A DNA stretch of 51,725 nucleotides. Origin: Alphaproteobacteria bacterium. GTDB taxonomy: Bacteria; Pseudomonadota; Alphaproteobacteria; RS24. Positions within the stretch are counted from its first letter, which is position 1, and each line of letters opens with the position of its first letter. The stretch is from the NCBI GenBank assembly GCA_029253645.1, contig JAQWZC010000098.1, positions 1 to 51,725 of the forward strand, in the 5' to 3' direction. Both the position numbers and the translations under genes were made by a program. The notes below the pieces were generated by a model. It was not told the origin of the DNA. It did not search any database and worked only from the letters and a program-made list of their open reading frames with translations. Positions 10,262 through 18,210 of the stretch are shown piece after piece.

Positions 10262-11056
10262 ATGCGTTTATCGGGGACAAAAATATTGCTGACCGGCGCC
10301 AATGGCGGACTGGGTCGCGCCATTGCAGCCAAAGCTCATGCCGAAGGTGCGGTGCTGGCCCTTTGCGAGAAAACGCAAGACTTGGCAGACGCTGCCAAAG
10401 CCGCCCTGCCCGATAGTGACAAGATTATCGCCCTCGCCGGTGAGCTGACCGATGAAGCCGCCGTGACGGCTATGGTCGCCAGCGCGATTGACAAAATGGG
10501 CGGCCTTGACGGCATTGTTAATAATGCAGCCATGCTGGGCGACGATGACGGCATGCCCGCGCAAACGCCGTTGGCCACATGGCAAGCCACGCTCGACACA
10601 AACCTGACCGGCGCGTTTCTGGTTTATAAAGCCGCGCTGCCGCATCTCATCAAGCAGCAAAGCGGTAGTTTGGTCACCATGTCATCCGTGGTCGCGCATA
10701 GCGCCTCAGCCGTGCCGCAAATCGCTTACACCACCAGCAAGGGCGCGCTGGAAGCGATGACCCGCGAGATTGCGATGGCGCATGCCCGCGATAATATCCG
10801 CGCCAATTGCGTCGCCCCCGGGCCGGTGCTGACCCCGCGCACGGCGGGTTATTTTGACAGCGATGAAAAATGGCAAGCGCGCCGCCAACATATCCCGATG
10901 GGCCGCCTCGGACGGCCTGAAGAAATTGCCGCGCTGGTCTGCTTTTTATTATCCGATGAAGCCGGATGGCAAACCGGCAGCGTTTATCGCGCCGATGGCG
11001 GCATTTCCGCCAGCTATCTGGTTGACGACAGCAAGGGCGGCAGCGAGACCCCATAA
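10262..11056 (+). CDS. Classical SDR-family oxidoreductase
   Basis: TGANGGLG, NNAA, YTTSK, IRANCVAPG, DGG. Confidence 0.92.
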   Translation: MRLSGTKILLTGANGGLGRAIAAKAHAEGAVLALCEKTQDLADAAKAALPDSDKIIALAGELTDEAAVTAMVASAIDKMGGLDGIVNNAAMLGDDDGMPAQTPLATWQATLDTNLTGAFLVYKAALPHLIKQQSGSLVTMSSVVAHSASAVPQIAYTTSKGALEAMTREIAMAHARDNIRANCVAPGPVLTPRTAGYFDSDEKWQARRQHIPMGRLGRPEEIAALVCFLLSDEAGWQTGSVYRADGGISASYLVDDSKGGSETP

Positions 11057-11892
11057 TGACCCTTCCGGTTTACCGCACCATTGCCGATATGCGCGCGCAA
11101 GTGGGGGCTTGGAAAGCTGCCGGGCTGCGCGTCGGGCTGGTGCCGACCATGGGCGCGTTGCATGATGGGCATTTATCGCTGATTGATGAGATTGCGCCGC
11201 ATTGCGACCGCATCATCACCTCCATTTTTGTCAATCCCACGCAATTTGCCGCGCATGAAGACCTCGACACATATCCGCGCAATGAGGCGGCTGATTTGGC
11301 CGCGCTCGACACCACGCAGGCGCAGTGCGTCTTCGCCCCCAGCGTGTCGGAAATGTATCCGGACGGCTTCACAACAGCGATAGAACTCGGTGGGCCGGCG
11401 CAGGGCTTGGAGAGCGATAATCGCCCGCATTTCTTTGCCGGTGTGGCGCTTATCGTCAATAAGCTCTTGAGCCAAAGCCAAGCTGATGTGGCGATTTTCG
11501 GCGAGAAGGATTATCAGCAATTACGCGTCATACGCCGCATGGTGCGCGACCTTGACCTGCCCGTCGAGATTTTGGGCGGGCCGATTATTCGCGAGCCGGA
11601 CGGGCTGGCCATGTCGTCGCGCAATGTTTATCTGACAGCGGCGCAACGCCCGATTGCCGGTAAGCTGAACGGCATATTGAAGAATTTGGCCGCAAGCACA
11701 AAGCCGCGCGAGGCCGCAGAAGCCGAGGCCGAGGCAGCCCTGCTGGCCGCCGGTTTTACCCATGTCGATTATGCCACCATTCGCGATGCCGATAGTTTGG
11801 CCGTGCCCGATGCGACCACCCAATCGCGGCGCGCGCTGATTGTGGCGCGGCTGGGCGATGTGCGGCTGCTTGATAATATGGCGGCCATTTAG
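11056..11892 (+). CDS. panC: Pantoate-beta-alanine ligase
   Basis: PTMGALHDGH, FVNPTQF, FGEKDYQQ, REPDGLAMSSRN, RLLDN. Confidence 0.97.
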   Translation: MTLPVYRTIADMRAQVGAWKAAGLRVGLVPTMGALHDGHLSLIDEIAPHCDRIITSIFVNPTQFAAHEDLDTYPRNEAADLAALDTTQAQCVFAPSVSEMYPDGFTTAIELGGPAQGLESDNRPHFFAGVALIVNKLLSQSQADVAIFGEKDYQQLRVIRRMVRDLDLPVEILGGPIIREPDGLAMSSRNVYLTAAQRPIAGKLNGILKNLAASTKPREAAEAEAEAALLAAGFTHVDYATIRDADSLAVPDATTQSRRALIVARLGDVRLLDNMAAI

Positions 11893-11908
11893 CCTCTACC
11901 ATTTAGCC

Positions 11909-12328
11909 TTATAAGAGACCCAGCTCGGTCAATTCGCTGCGCATGTCTTCGGGCATGTCATCATCGACTTCGATATTGTGCGGCGTATCCACCGGCGCAT
12001 CTTGCGGCGTTAAATAGCGCCAGCCCTGAAACGGACGCCGCGCTTGCAGGCGCGTATGCACCAGTTCCGGATTGAGATGTAAATGGCAGCGGCGAATACC
12101 CTGTCCATCAATAAATTCTTCAATATCGGTAATTTGCTGACGCACCCGAATTTGCCGCTTAATCACCCAATAAAGGGACCCGCCCTCCAGCAGGTCGGCT
12201 TGGCGTTTCGGCACCATGCGCGTGGTATGAAACACGCGCTTATATCGCGCCTGTAATTGGCTCTGCCAGTTTACAAGGTCGGAAATATCGTCCGCGCCGA
12301 CACATAGCTTTACAAGATGAATGGTCAT
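11909..12328 (-). CDS. DUF1489-family protein
   Basis: HLVKLCVG, TRMVPKR, GGSLYWVIK, RRPFQGWRYL. Confidence 0.88.
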   Translation of the reverse strand: MTIHLVKLCVGADDISDLVNWQSQLQARYKRVFHTTRMVPKRQADLLEGGSLYWVIKRQIRVRQQITDIEEFIDGQGIRRCHLHLNPELVHTRLQARRPFQGWRYLTPQDAPVDTPHNIEVDDDMPEDMRSELTELGLL

Positions 12329-12370
12329 GCGCGTTAGATTAGGGCGCGCGCCGACAAAATCCAGCTTTGA

Positions 12371-13297
12371 CTATGGGGTGAAGACGCTGACTCTGTCGGA
12401 AGCTGTGAACAAGGCATAAAACCCGCCGCCAATCGCCCCGCCAATCAGCACAAATAAATCATCATTGCCGAAATAAGCCATGCGATGCCGCCCGCCGCCG
12501 GGCAATTCGCCCTGACGCTGCCAGCGCGTGCCAACCAATTTATTATGACTTTTCAGCACTTGGCTTTTGGCCGGGCTGAAGCCACCGGCAAAATGCAACT
12601 CCCCGTCAATCACCGCCAAAGCACCACCACTGACCGCCAAGGGCAGGTCGGGCAATCTGCGCCATTTACCGGTTTTGATGTTAAAGGCCTGCACCGCCGT
12701 GACCGGACGTCCGCGCCTATCAATGCCACCGGCGAAAACCAACTCATCGCCGCGCTTGGCAAAAGCAGTCGCTGATACCGGCACCGGCATCGGGTTTTTC
12801 CAATTCGACCATTTACCGGCCGTTGTGTTGAAACTTTGCACCGTCGCCGCGTCTTGCCCAATGCCGCCAAACACAAATAGCCGCTCGCCGTCAAAATGGC
12901 TGACATGGTCGGCGCGTGGTGATGGCAGCGCGCCCAATTCCAGCCAAACAGCCGTGCCCGGCGCATACATCCATAAGCCTGCGCCCAGACGCGCCGTTGT
13001 ATTATCACGCCCGCCCGTGACAAAAACCCGTCCGGTTCCGGCGGCAATGGCATATTGCGAGATATTGCTCGGCAAGGGCGTTAGCGGTCGCCAGCCATCA
13101 TTTTGCAAATCATATTGCTCGAAAAAACTACGCAAGCCCTGCCCGACCTTGCCGCTCATCACATAGAGCTTGCCGTCCATTTCTGCCGCCACCGCATGTG
13201 GCACAGCCGTCGGCAGGCGCGATACATCGCGCCATTCGGCGGCAGCACTCGACGCGAACATCAGCAAAGACAGGTATATCAGGCGAAAAGGCTTCAT
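12371..13297 (-). CDS. Secreted Kelch-repeat beta-propeller protein
   Basis: Signal peptide (MKPFRLIYLSLLMFASSAAA) followed by about six repeats of hydrophobic-GG...Y/F...W..L..LP. Confidence 0.85.
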   Translation of the reverse strand: MKPFRLIYLSLLMFASSAAAEWRDVSRLPTAVPHAVAAEMDGKLYVMSGKVGQGLRSFFEQYDLQNDGWRPLTPLPSNISQYAIAAGTGRVFVTGGRDNTTARLGAGLWMYAPGTAVWLELGALPSPRADHVSHFDGERLFVFGGIGQDAATVQSFNTTAGKWSNWKNPMPVPVSATAFAKRGDELVFAGGIDRRGRPVTAVQAFNIKTGKWRRLPDLPLAVSGGALAVIDGELHFAGGFSPAKSQVLKSHNKLVGTRWQRQGELPGGGRHRMAYFGNDDLFVLIGGAIGGGFYALFTASDRVSVFTP

Positions 13298-13345
13298 AAG
13301 ACTTTCTATATCAGAGAACCCCGCAATGGGGATAGGCAATAAACA

Positions 13346-14734
13346 TTACAGCAGGAAGAGTGTGGCGAAACCAAGAAAGGCGAAAAAGCCGATAACATCC
13401 GTCACTGTGGTAACGAAGACACTGGAGGCCAAAGCCGGATCGATATTGACGCGGTTCAGACCAATGGGAATAAGAATACCCGCCAAAGCCGCGACCACCA
13501 GATTAACAATCATCGCGGCAGCCAAAACCATGCCGAGCAGATTATCGCCAAACCATACGCCGCCAATAATGCCGGTGATGATGGCGAACACCATGCCGTT
13601 TAACAGGCCAACGCCAAACTCACGATAAACCAACCGCGCCGCATTGACCGGCAGCAATTCTTGCGTCGCCAAAGCGCGCACGGTGATGGTGAGGGTTTGC
13701 GTGCCCGCATTGCCGCCCATAGAAGCGACAATCGGCATCAGCACTGCCAGCGCCACCATTTTTTCAATCGACGCATCAAACAAGCCAATCACCAAAGAGG
13801 CTGCGATAGCGGTCAGGAGATTAAGGAACAGCCAAGAGGCGCGCCCTCGCGCCGTATCCAGCACCGTATCCGTGACCGCCTCATCGCCGACACCACCCAG
13901 CCGCAAAATATCCTCACCGGCTTCTTCGGCAATCACCTCAAACACATCATCGGCGGTAATGACGCCGATAAGCCTGCTGTCTTCGTCAACCACCGGCGCG
14001 GTGACCAAATTATAACGCTCGAACAAAAGCGCCACTTCCTCGCGATCAGTCTCGGCCTGAATAATGTAGAAATCCTCATGTTGCAGCGCTTCCATTGTAT
14101 TTGTGCGCTGCGCCCGCAACATTTCTGCCAAATGCACCACCCCCACCGGTGAATAGGTCGGGTCAATAATGTAAATTTCCAGAAAATCATCGGGCAGGTC
14201 TTTGGTATCGCGCAAATAATTTATCGTCCGCCCCACCGACCAAAAAGGCGGCACGGAAATAAATGATGATTGCATCAGGCGACCGGCACTATCCTCGGGG
14301 AAATCCAGGGCGCGCTCCAGCACAAGGCGGTCGGTTTGCGGAATTTGCTCCAGCACCTCTTGGCGCTCGCCCTCATCCATATCCTCGAGAACAAAAACCG
14401 CGTCATCACTATCAAGCTGCTGAACCGTATTGACGACCGTGTCCGTATCAATGACCTCAAGCACATCATCGCGCACCGCATCATCAAGCTCGGCAAAAAC
14501 TTCCGGTGCCAGCGCATCGCCAATAAGCTGCAACAGCGCGGTGCGTAAATCGGGCGCGAGCACGGTGATGATTTCGGCAATGTCGGATTCGTGACGCGCA
14601 TCCAAATCAGCCAGCAAAGCGGCGCGGTCTTGCGCGCGCACCCAATCGCTAATCGCCTCATAGGCTTCCGATGTCAGGGTTTCGACAGCCTGAATATCGC
14701 TTTCGGACGCGGGGTCTTTAGCCGTTTCGCTCAC
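13346..14734 (-). CDS. mgtE: Magnesium transporter MgtE
   Basis: Acidic N-domain, CBS pair, MPIVASMGGNAGTQ, DPALAS...TTVTD. Confidence 0.96.
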   Translation of the reverse strand: MSETAKDPASESDIQAVETLTSEAYEAISDWVRAQDRAALLADLDARHESDIAEIITVLAPDLRTALLQLIGDALAPEVFAELDDAVRDDVLEVIDTDTVVNTVQQLDSDDAVFVLEDMDEGERQEVLEQIPQTDRLVLERALDFPEDSAGRLMQSSFISVPPFWSVGRTINYLRDTKDLPDDFLEIYIIDPTYSPVGVVHLAEMLRAQRTNTMEALQHEDFYIIQAETDREEVALLFERYNLVTAPVVDEDSRLIGVITADDVFEVIAEEAGEDILRLGGVGDEAVTDTVLDTARGRASWLFLNLLTAIAASLVIGLFDASIEKMVALAVLMPIVASMGGNAGTQTLTITVRALATQELLPVNAARLVYREFGVGLLNGMVFAIITGIIGGVWFGDNLLGMVLAAAMIVNLVVAALAGILIPIGLNRVNIDPALASSVFVTTVTDVIGFFAFLGFATLFLL

Positions 14735-14849
14735 ATTCGGCCTCTTTCTCTGATTTTGTGCGTTTTATCGCTGAAAATGACAAGTGACGCAGCAAAATAA
14801 TGTTCCTAGGATAGTCGGGACGGTTCGATTCGTCCAAAAGGGGAGACTT

Positions 14850-15224
14850 ATGACTGACATTTTATTGGCCACATTGGCTTTCTATCTTTTCCACCTCGTA
14901 TTGCCGAGCTTAATTGCTGTCGCGCGCGGCGAGGCCGGTGCGCCGTTTTTACTTGGCGGACGCGATAATGATATTGAGCGTTCCATTCCGGTAAGACGCG
15001 CCCAGCGCGCCAGCAATAATATGATTGAAAGCCTGATTGTGTTTTTACCTTTGGCTGTTCTGGGCATTACCAACAATGCCGCGATTGCTGAGAGCGCCAC
15101 CATTTGGCTGGCCCTGCGGATTGCCTATCTCATCACCTATATGACAGGTGTTTCTTATATCCGCACATTCATTTGGTTCGGCTCGGTTTATTGCCTCGGG
15201 GCAATGGCGTATGCGCTGGTCTAA
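14850..15224 (+). CDS. MAPEG-family membrane protein
   Basis: RAQRASNNMIESL..F and LRIAY...Y....YIRT. GGAG RBS before the ATG at 14850. Confidence 0.85.
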   Translation: MTDILLATLAFYLFHLVLPSLIAVARGEAGAPFLLGGRDNDIERSIPVRRAQRASNNMIESLIVFLPLAVLGITNNAAIAESATIWLALRIAYLITYMTGVSYIRTFIWFGSVYCLGAMAYALV

Positions 15225-15398
15225 TCACCAGTCAAATTCGTCCATCCAATCAGCGAAGAATTCTTCTTCGTCATAAAACCATTCAACATCGAAAGCCGGT
15301 TTGGCTTTGGGTTTTCTGAATTGCACAATTTTACCGCTCCGGTCATCTGGCCGGGGCGGTTTTTCATTTTTATCTTTTGTGTCGTCAAACTGTTTCAT
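15225..15398 (-). CDS. Hypothetical 57-aa protein (not in the ORF track)
   Basis: Manual translation MKQFDDTKDKNEKPPRPDDRSGKIVQFRKPKAKPAFDVEWFYDEEEFFADWMDEFDW. GAGGA upstream of the ATG. Its stop abuts the MAPEG stop. Confidence 0.65.
   Translation of the reverse strand: MKQFDDTKDKNEKPPRPDDRSGKIVQFRKPKAKPAFDVEWFYDEEEFFADWMDEFDW
15333..15365 (+). terminator. Intrinsic terminator-like hairpin (plus strand)
   Basis: ACCGCTCCGG...CCGGGGCGGT stem with G-U pairs, followed by a T-run. Confidence 0.6.
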
Positions 15399-15487
15399 TC
15401 TGCAAAATCCTCGTCTAAGCTATTTACGCAAAATAAGAAGAAACCGGTCAATGCAATGACCTGCGGCAAAACGGCTTGGAGGAAGCT

Positions 15488-15904
15488 ATGAGCAATTTCT
15501 GGAAAGGCTGGCTCGACATTTGGTGTCTGGCCACCATCATCTTTGGTGGCGTCTTGGCGGCCTCGGGCCTTGAAGGCTTTGAGGGCGGGACGCGTCTATT
15601 CATGACTCTGATAAACCCCGGTAATGTGCCGGTTTTCACCGATATTGAGCGCTTTGCATTCGGCCTTATCGGAGCGATTTCAATCGGTTGGGGCGTGACC
15701 TTTTTCTATTTTTTCTGCGCCGCCCATGCCAGCAATATCGGCAATAAAATGTATCGACAGGCTTTTGTGGTGATTATTATTTGGAACCTTATTGACGGGT
15801 ATATTTCCTATCGCACGGGTTTCACCCACAATATCGTGGCCAATTTACTGCTCTCTCTGGGGGTCACCATTCCGCTTTATATGAGCGGCAAGCTGAGCCG
15901 TTAG
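15488..15904 (+). CDS. Hypothetical membrane protein (about 4 TM)
   Basis: GGAGGA RBS, four hydrophobic segments, FW..WL..W N-terminus and GA...GW motif. Confidence 0.8.
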   Translation: MSNFWKGWLDIWCLATIIFGGVLAASGLEGFEGGTRLFMTLINPGNVPVFTDIERFAFGLIGAISIGWGVTFFYFFCAAHASNIGNKMYRQAFVVIIIWNLIDGYISYRTGFTHNIVANLLLSLGVTIPLYMSGKLSR

Positions 15905-17232
15905 CTGCTTTGAACCGATTTAATGCGCGCTTGCAGCTCGGCCTGCACTTTTGCCGTTAACGGAAAGCGCAGGGCGATAATAATCGCGCCGATAAAGAAT
16001 ACGGCCGGTGCAATGGCGTAAAGCACGCGCAAAACAAACAAGTCATCAAAGGCATTTCCGGCCAATAATTTGGCGTCATAATTGGTGAAAGACAGTGCGC
16101 GAATGGCCAAAAATGTGCCAAGCGCAGTGGATATTTTCGCCGTCATGCTGGCAAAAGCGATATAGGCCCCGGCGCGCGCCTTGCCCGTCTCTGCCGTTTC
16201 AACATCAATGACATCGGCCAAAATCGCCAAGGGCAAAAATTGCAAGCCGCCAAAACACGCACCCTTAAAGATAAAGAACACGACAAACAGCCAATAATCA
16301 TCCGCCGTGAAAAACATATTGATGGCGGAAATAATGGCGACGGTAATCAGCGTTCCGGCGAAGGCCACATGCTTGCCGACCTTGCGCCCCAGCCACAGCC
16401 AGCCCGGCACGGCGGCGAGACCGGCAACAAAATAAATGAAATATAATGTGCCGACACCCTCGGCCTGAATAACCGACTTCATGAAGAATAAAGACAGCGC
16501 ATTGCGGAAGGCTTCGGCCAGCGTAACAATCAAAATAAGGCCAATCACCATACGCATGGGCTTATTGGCCCATACCCGCTTGACCCCGTCCATAAACGGC
16601 GCGCGGGCCTCTTCGGCGGTTTCGGTCGGCTCGGTTTCCTTGACAAACACACATAGCAGCAGCACGGTAATCGGCGTTGCGATGCAAATGGCCAGCGCCA
16701 TGCCGCGCATGATAGAGGGCGTGTCGCCGGCGCCATATTGCTCGACCAGGAACGGAATAAAGGCGGCCACCAAAAGGCCGATAAGAGTGAATTGCTCGCG
16801 CCACGCCGTCACCCGCGCGCGCTGATGATAATCCGGCGATAATTCCGCGCCCCAAGCGCCATACGGCAAGCCGACCAGCGTCGTGCCGATATACATGCCC
16901 GCAATACATAGCAGCAGATACACCGAATCCGCCCCCTCCATCGGCACAAAAAGCAGCCAGATAGAACCGCACAGCACCGGCACGCCCAAAAGAATAAGCG
17001 GGCGGCGGCGGCCCAAAGGCGTGCGGAGCCGATCGGAAATCGTGCCAACAAGCGGGTCGGTCACCACATCAGATAATTTTGCAACCAATAACATGGTCGC
17101 CACGGCGGCCAGCGATACGCCGATTTCACCGGCATAAAAAGCGGGCAGCCAAATCGCAATCGGATAGCCGACCAGCGCCAGGGGCAAGCCCAACATGCCA
17201 TAAACGGATAAGGTTGTTTTTGATAATGCCAC
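15901..17232 (-). CDS. MFS transporter, GPH (MelB-like) family; likely GTG start at 17232
   Basis: DVVTDPLVG.ISDR.RT.LGRRRP, PY.AWGAELS.DY..R, LADVID. GGAGG RBS 7 nt before the GTG. Confidence 0.88.
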   Translation of the reverse strand: MALSKTTLSVYGMLGLPLALVGYPIAIWLPAFYAGEIGVSLAAVATMLLVAKLSDVVTDPLVGTISDRLRTPLGRRRPLILLGVPVLCGSIWLLFVPMEGADSVYLLLCIAGMYIGTTLVGLPYGAWGAELSPDYHQRARVTAWREQFTLIGLLVAAFIPFLVEQYGAGDTPSIMRGMALAICIATPITVLLLCVFVKETEPTETAEEARAPFMDGVKRVWANKPMRMVIGLILIVTLAEAFRNALSLFFMKSVIQAEGVGTLYFIYFVAGLAAVPGWLWLGRKVGKHVAFAGTLITVAIISAINMFFTADDYWLFVVFFIFKGACFGGLQFLPLAILADVIDVETAETGKARAGAYIAFASMTAKISTALGTFLAIRALSFTNYDAKLLAGNAFDDLFVLRVLYAIAPAVFFIGAIIIALRFPLTAKVQAELQARIKSVQSS

Positions 17233-17338
17233 CCCGACGCCTCCCAACGCAGTCGAGAGTATGTCAGCGCTTATGAACGGCATCAATCGCTATTTTGTTC
17301 GCCATAAGCCCGGCCTGATTCGATTGCGCCGCCAAAGC

Positions 17339-17357
17339 TGCGTAATTTTATTACGCA
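17339..17357. promoter_or_regulatory. Perfect 8-bp inverted repeat, candidate operator
   Basis: TGCGTAAT-ttt-ATTACGCA in a divergent intergenic region. Confidence 0.5.
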
Positions 17358-17366
17358 AAATTGGCA

Positions 17367-17381
17367 TTAACGATTATTTAA
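17367..17381. promoter_or_regulatory. CtrA-like box
   Basis: TTAA-cgattat-TTAA matches TTAA-N7-TTAA, but the context is AT-rich. Confidence 0.4.
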
Positions 17382-17506
17382 TTTCAATTTTCCATGTTTT
17401 TGCCTGAAAAACATCACTCAAGCCTAGCCAAAGGCGCGCCAAGCACACAAACTTTAACAAACGCTGGTTGGGTCAGCAGAAAAATAAAAACAGGAGGACC
17501 CAAACG

Positions 17507-17725
17507 ATGGATAACATCAAAACTATCGTGAATAACGTAACCGACGTATTCGTGTCGCTTTTGGCATTGGCTATTGTGGCCAGCTTGCTGGTTGGACCCT
17601 CAAACATGGCGTTTCTCGGTGATGTAGCCGGCAATATTACGTCGCTTGTCGCAACGCTTGGCGGGGCAGGACTGCCCGGGCTGATTGCTCTCGGCATTAT
17701 TCTAATGCTGTTCCGGCAAGACTAA
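17507..17725 (+). CDS. Small two-TM hypothetical protein (72 aa)
   Basis: AGGAGG RBS at 17492-17497. MDNIKTIVNNVTDVFVSLLALAIVASLLVG...LIALGIILMLFRQD. Confidence 0.85.
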   Translation: MDNIKTIVNNVTDVFVSLLALAIVASLLVGPSNMAFLGDVAGNITSLVATLGGAGLPGLIALGIILMLFRQD

Positions 17726-17765
17726 CCGGTTAACCCCGGCGGCGAATAGATTGGAAGGCTGAACG

Positions 17766-18071
17766 ATGGATAAATTGAATGCCTATTCAGGCAATTTGAC
17801 ACAATTATTTCTTCGCATTGCCGAACTGGGCGGCGCTTTGGTGCTGGCCTTGTTGGCAATCTATTTGCTGCTGGGGGATACGGCGGGGCCTTATGTGGTC
17901 TCGGTGGCCAATAATGTTGCTGATTTCATTGCCCGCGTGACCCCGGCCGCCGCCTTGGCGCTAGCCATTATTTTGGGGCTGCTGCATCTGATAAGAAAAT
18001 CAGGCGGCGATGAGCCTCAAGGGCCGAAAGCCCCTGCCCCCAAAAAGGCACCGGCCAAAAAGAAGAAGTAA
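17766..18071 (+). CDS. Small two-TM hypothetical protein with Lys/Pro/Ala tail; probable paralog of the upstream gene
   Basis: GAAGG RBS. Ungapped alignment to 17507..17725. Tail PKAPAPKKAPAKKKK. Confidence 0.8.
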   Translation: MDKLNAYSGNLTQLFLRIAELGGALVLALLAIYLLLGDTAGPYVVSVANNVADFIARVTPAAALALAIILGLLHLIRKSGGDEPQGPKAPAPKKAPAKKKK

Positions 18072-18158
18072 TGGTGCGACCGAGAAGACTCGAACTTCCA
18101 CGGGTGTTACCCCACAGCGACCTCAACGCTGCGCGTCTACCAATTCCGCCACGGTCGC
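18072..18158 (-). tRNA. tRNA-Leu (anticodon GAG)
   Basis: GCGACCG acceptor stem, GGCGGAATTGGTAGACGC D-arm, CAGCG-TTGAGGT-CGCTG anticodon arm, long variable arm, GTTCGAGT T-loop, encoded CCA. Confidence 0.97.
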
Positions 18159-18210
18159 ACACGATAACCGGATAGTCGGTAGGCCTGTTAGCTAGCAAAA
18201 TAACCGCCGA

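Noticed and set aside
14818-14836. GGACG-GTTCGATT-CGTCC(A) resembles a tRNA T-arm or att remnant
   Set aside because: It does not match the T-arm of the nearby tRNA-Leu, is on the opposite strand, and has no other cloverleaf elements. More likely a small 5'-UTR hairpin.
14809-18179. 10-bp direct repeat GGATAGTCGG at 14809 and 18170, roughly bracketing the islet
   Set aside because: Short enough to occur by chance. The second copy is 5' of the tRNA rather than at its 3' end, and there is no recombinase.
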